Shown here: positions 62,550 through 64,000 of the stretch, piece by piece
Layout: every line of letters starts with the position of its first letter
Numbering within the stretch: the first letter of the stretch is position 1
NCBI RefSeq assembly: GCF_006345805.1
Contig: NW_021833225.1
Location: 1-64,000 of the forward strand
From: Octopus sinensis
Taxonomy: Eukaryota
Direction: 5' to 3'
Length of the DNA stretch: 64,000 nt
Notes under the pieces: model-generated
The model's database searches: none
What the model was told of the DNA's origin: nothing
The model's input: only the letters and a program-made list of their open reading frames with translations
Translations under genes and position numbers: made by a program

Positions 62550-64000
62550 ATAACAACATCAACAGTGAAGCCAAACAATTAGTCAACGACTTAGATATAG
62601 CAGATGGGGTAGAGATTTTAGCTAAAGAGAAAGCTTTTACTACCATCAAACCATAAACCAAACTTTGCATCGATCCTTAAATGCCACCTGATTAACCCAG
62701 CAAAATCCAAGATCAGTTTGGCAAGCAATTACATACTGAGGAACATTAACAACAGTATAAGGAGAGCCACTAACCTCTCCCTATGGCATAACACCAATGA
62801 AGTGATTGCATGGTTTAATACCAACAAGGGGGAGGCAAAGCAAGGTTCATCTAATTTTACCTGTTTATATCAAAAGTGTTACTGGTCAAAGTACTTTCCT
62901 TTACTAGGAGCTTCACTGATATTAGTGACAGGGACACAGATGTCATTATGCTAGGAAAACAGTACTGCTCAATAAAAGTTTGACCTGGGTCAAGCAATCT
63001 GACATTGTAGGCTCCTTTGACATTGCAATGGGAGTCTGTAACTGTGCTGATGTATGCAACCTCATCAAGTTGTCTATCATAGAAACTATTAAGAAGAAGC
63101 TTCCCTCTGTCTTTTTTAGTCTCTGCAGAGATGACGCTCTGGCCATCACTAGAGGAGCCCATGGCCACACTCTAAACAGGCTTAGGAAACATCTAATTAG
63201 CATCCTTGGCTCTATGGGACTGAAAATTTCTATCACCACAGCAGACTTCTTGGACATCATGCTCAACTTGAGCTTCAGTAGATACAGGTTCAACTGCAAA
63301 CCACGTGATTGGCTGACATACATCAACAGTCTCCTGTCATCCATCCATTTTGTTCAAAAACCTAGTAAAGGGTATAAGTGAGAGAATCATGAACCTTCCT
63401 TCTAGCCAAGAAATTTTTGATGCAGCAGGCTCCTACTATATCAAGTCACAAGCTACTGGTGGATTTCGGGACCACATCTCCTACATGCTGGGCTCTAATA
63501 CCCACAGAAGGAAGTGCCATGGAAATATCATTGGTTTTTTTCCCCCACTTTCTCTTTACAGGCTAGTAGATAAACACTTCACACATTCACATAGATGCAG
63601 ATACATCTTCAACAGGCACAACCTTAGGGTCTCTTTTAGCTGCACCCCCAATATTATGAGTATTTTAGTGAGCACCTCTAGGCTATGGTGGAAGTGAGAT
63701 GCTCATGCAGGGACTACAACAGATGCCAAGTGGGAAGCCATTGTGAAACCAAGGGACCTATCTATGAAGATGATGTACTAGGCAACCCTAGTAGCAGCAG
63801 CAACAACATCAGCAGCTTCCCTGACGACTACTACAGTAGCAGGGATGTCAGTATCAATAGCAGCAGCAGCAGAAACACAAACAGGATTAGCAGCAGCACT
63901 ACTGCCACCAGTGATAACAACATCAACAATAGCAATAACAGTATCCCTTACAGAAATAGCAACAGATCCATCACAAATGATAACTATAACAACAGTGACA
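62550..64000 (+). mobile_element. Penelope-like element, 5'-truncated and disrupted (RT, linker, start of GIY-YIG); runs off the window
   Basis: CHLINPAKS, GSFDIAMG, CRDDALAI, ADFLDIMLNL, IFNRHNLRVSFSCTPN, RCSCRDYNRCQVGSHCETKGPIYE. Confidence 0.88.

Overview
AT-rich, microsatellite-dense animal genomic DNA made almost entirely of layered transposable elements. The repeat families (RTE 3' tails ending ACGTTAAACGATGATGAT, two tRNA-derived SINE types) look like those of octopus/coleoid cephalopods; that assignment is inference from recall, not a search. No intact host gene, rRNA, true tRNA or CRISPR array is supported; one isolated 58-bp exon candidate (19000-19057, minus) may mean the window is intronic. 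Contents: two tandem near-full-length RTE LINEs, CR1-group fragments, a non-autonomous Ty3/Gypsy element with both LTRs and a 426-aa ORF, Penelope-like elements, a hAT relic, two mariners, a Tc1-like element with DD36E spacing, a Tigger derivative, two R4/Dong-like relics, many non-autonomous Helitrons, SINEs and several foldback elements. Most notable: a perfect C4HC3 PHD finger inside the RTE reverse transcriptase; a three-level nest (mariner > DD36E Tc1 > composite Helitron); modular Helitrons with a CTAG-TC head-to-tail junction; two minimal hammerhead-like motifs; three short locally templated insertions. Identities are by-eye estimates and boundaries of old elements are approximate.
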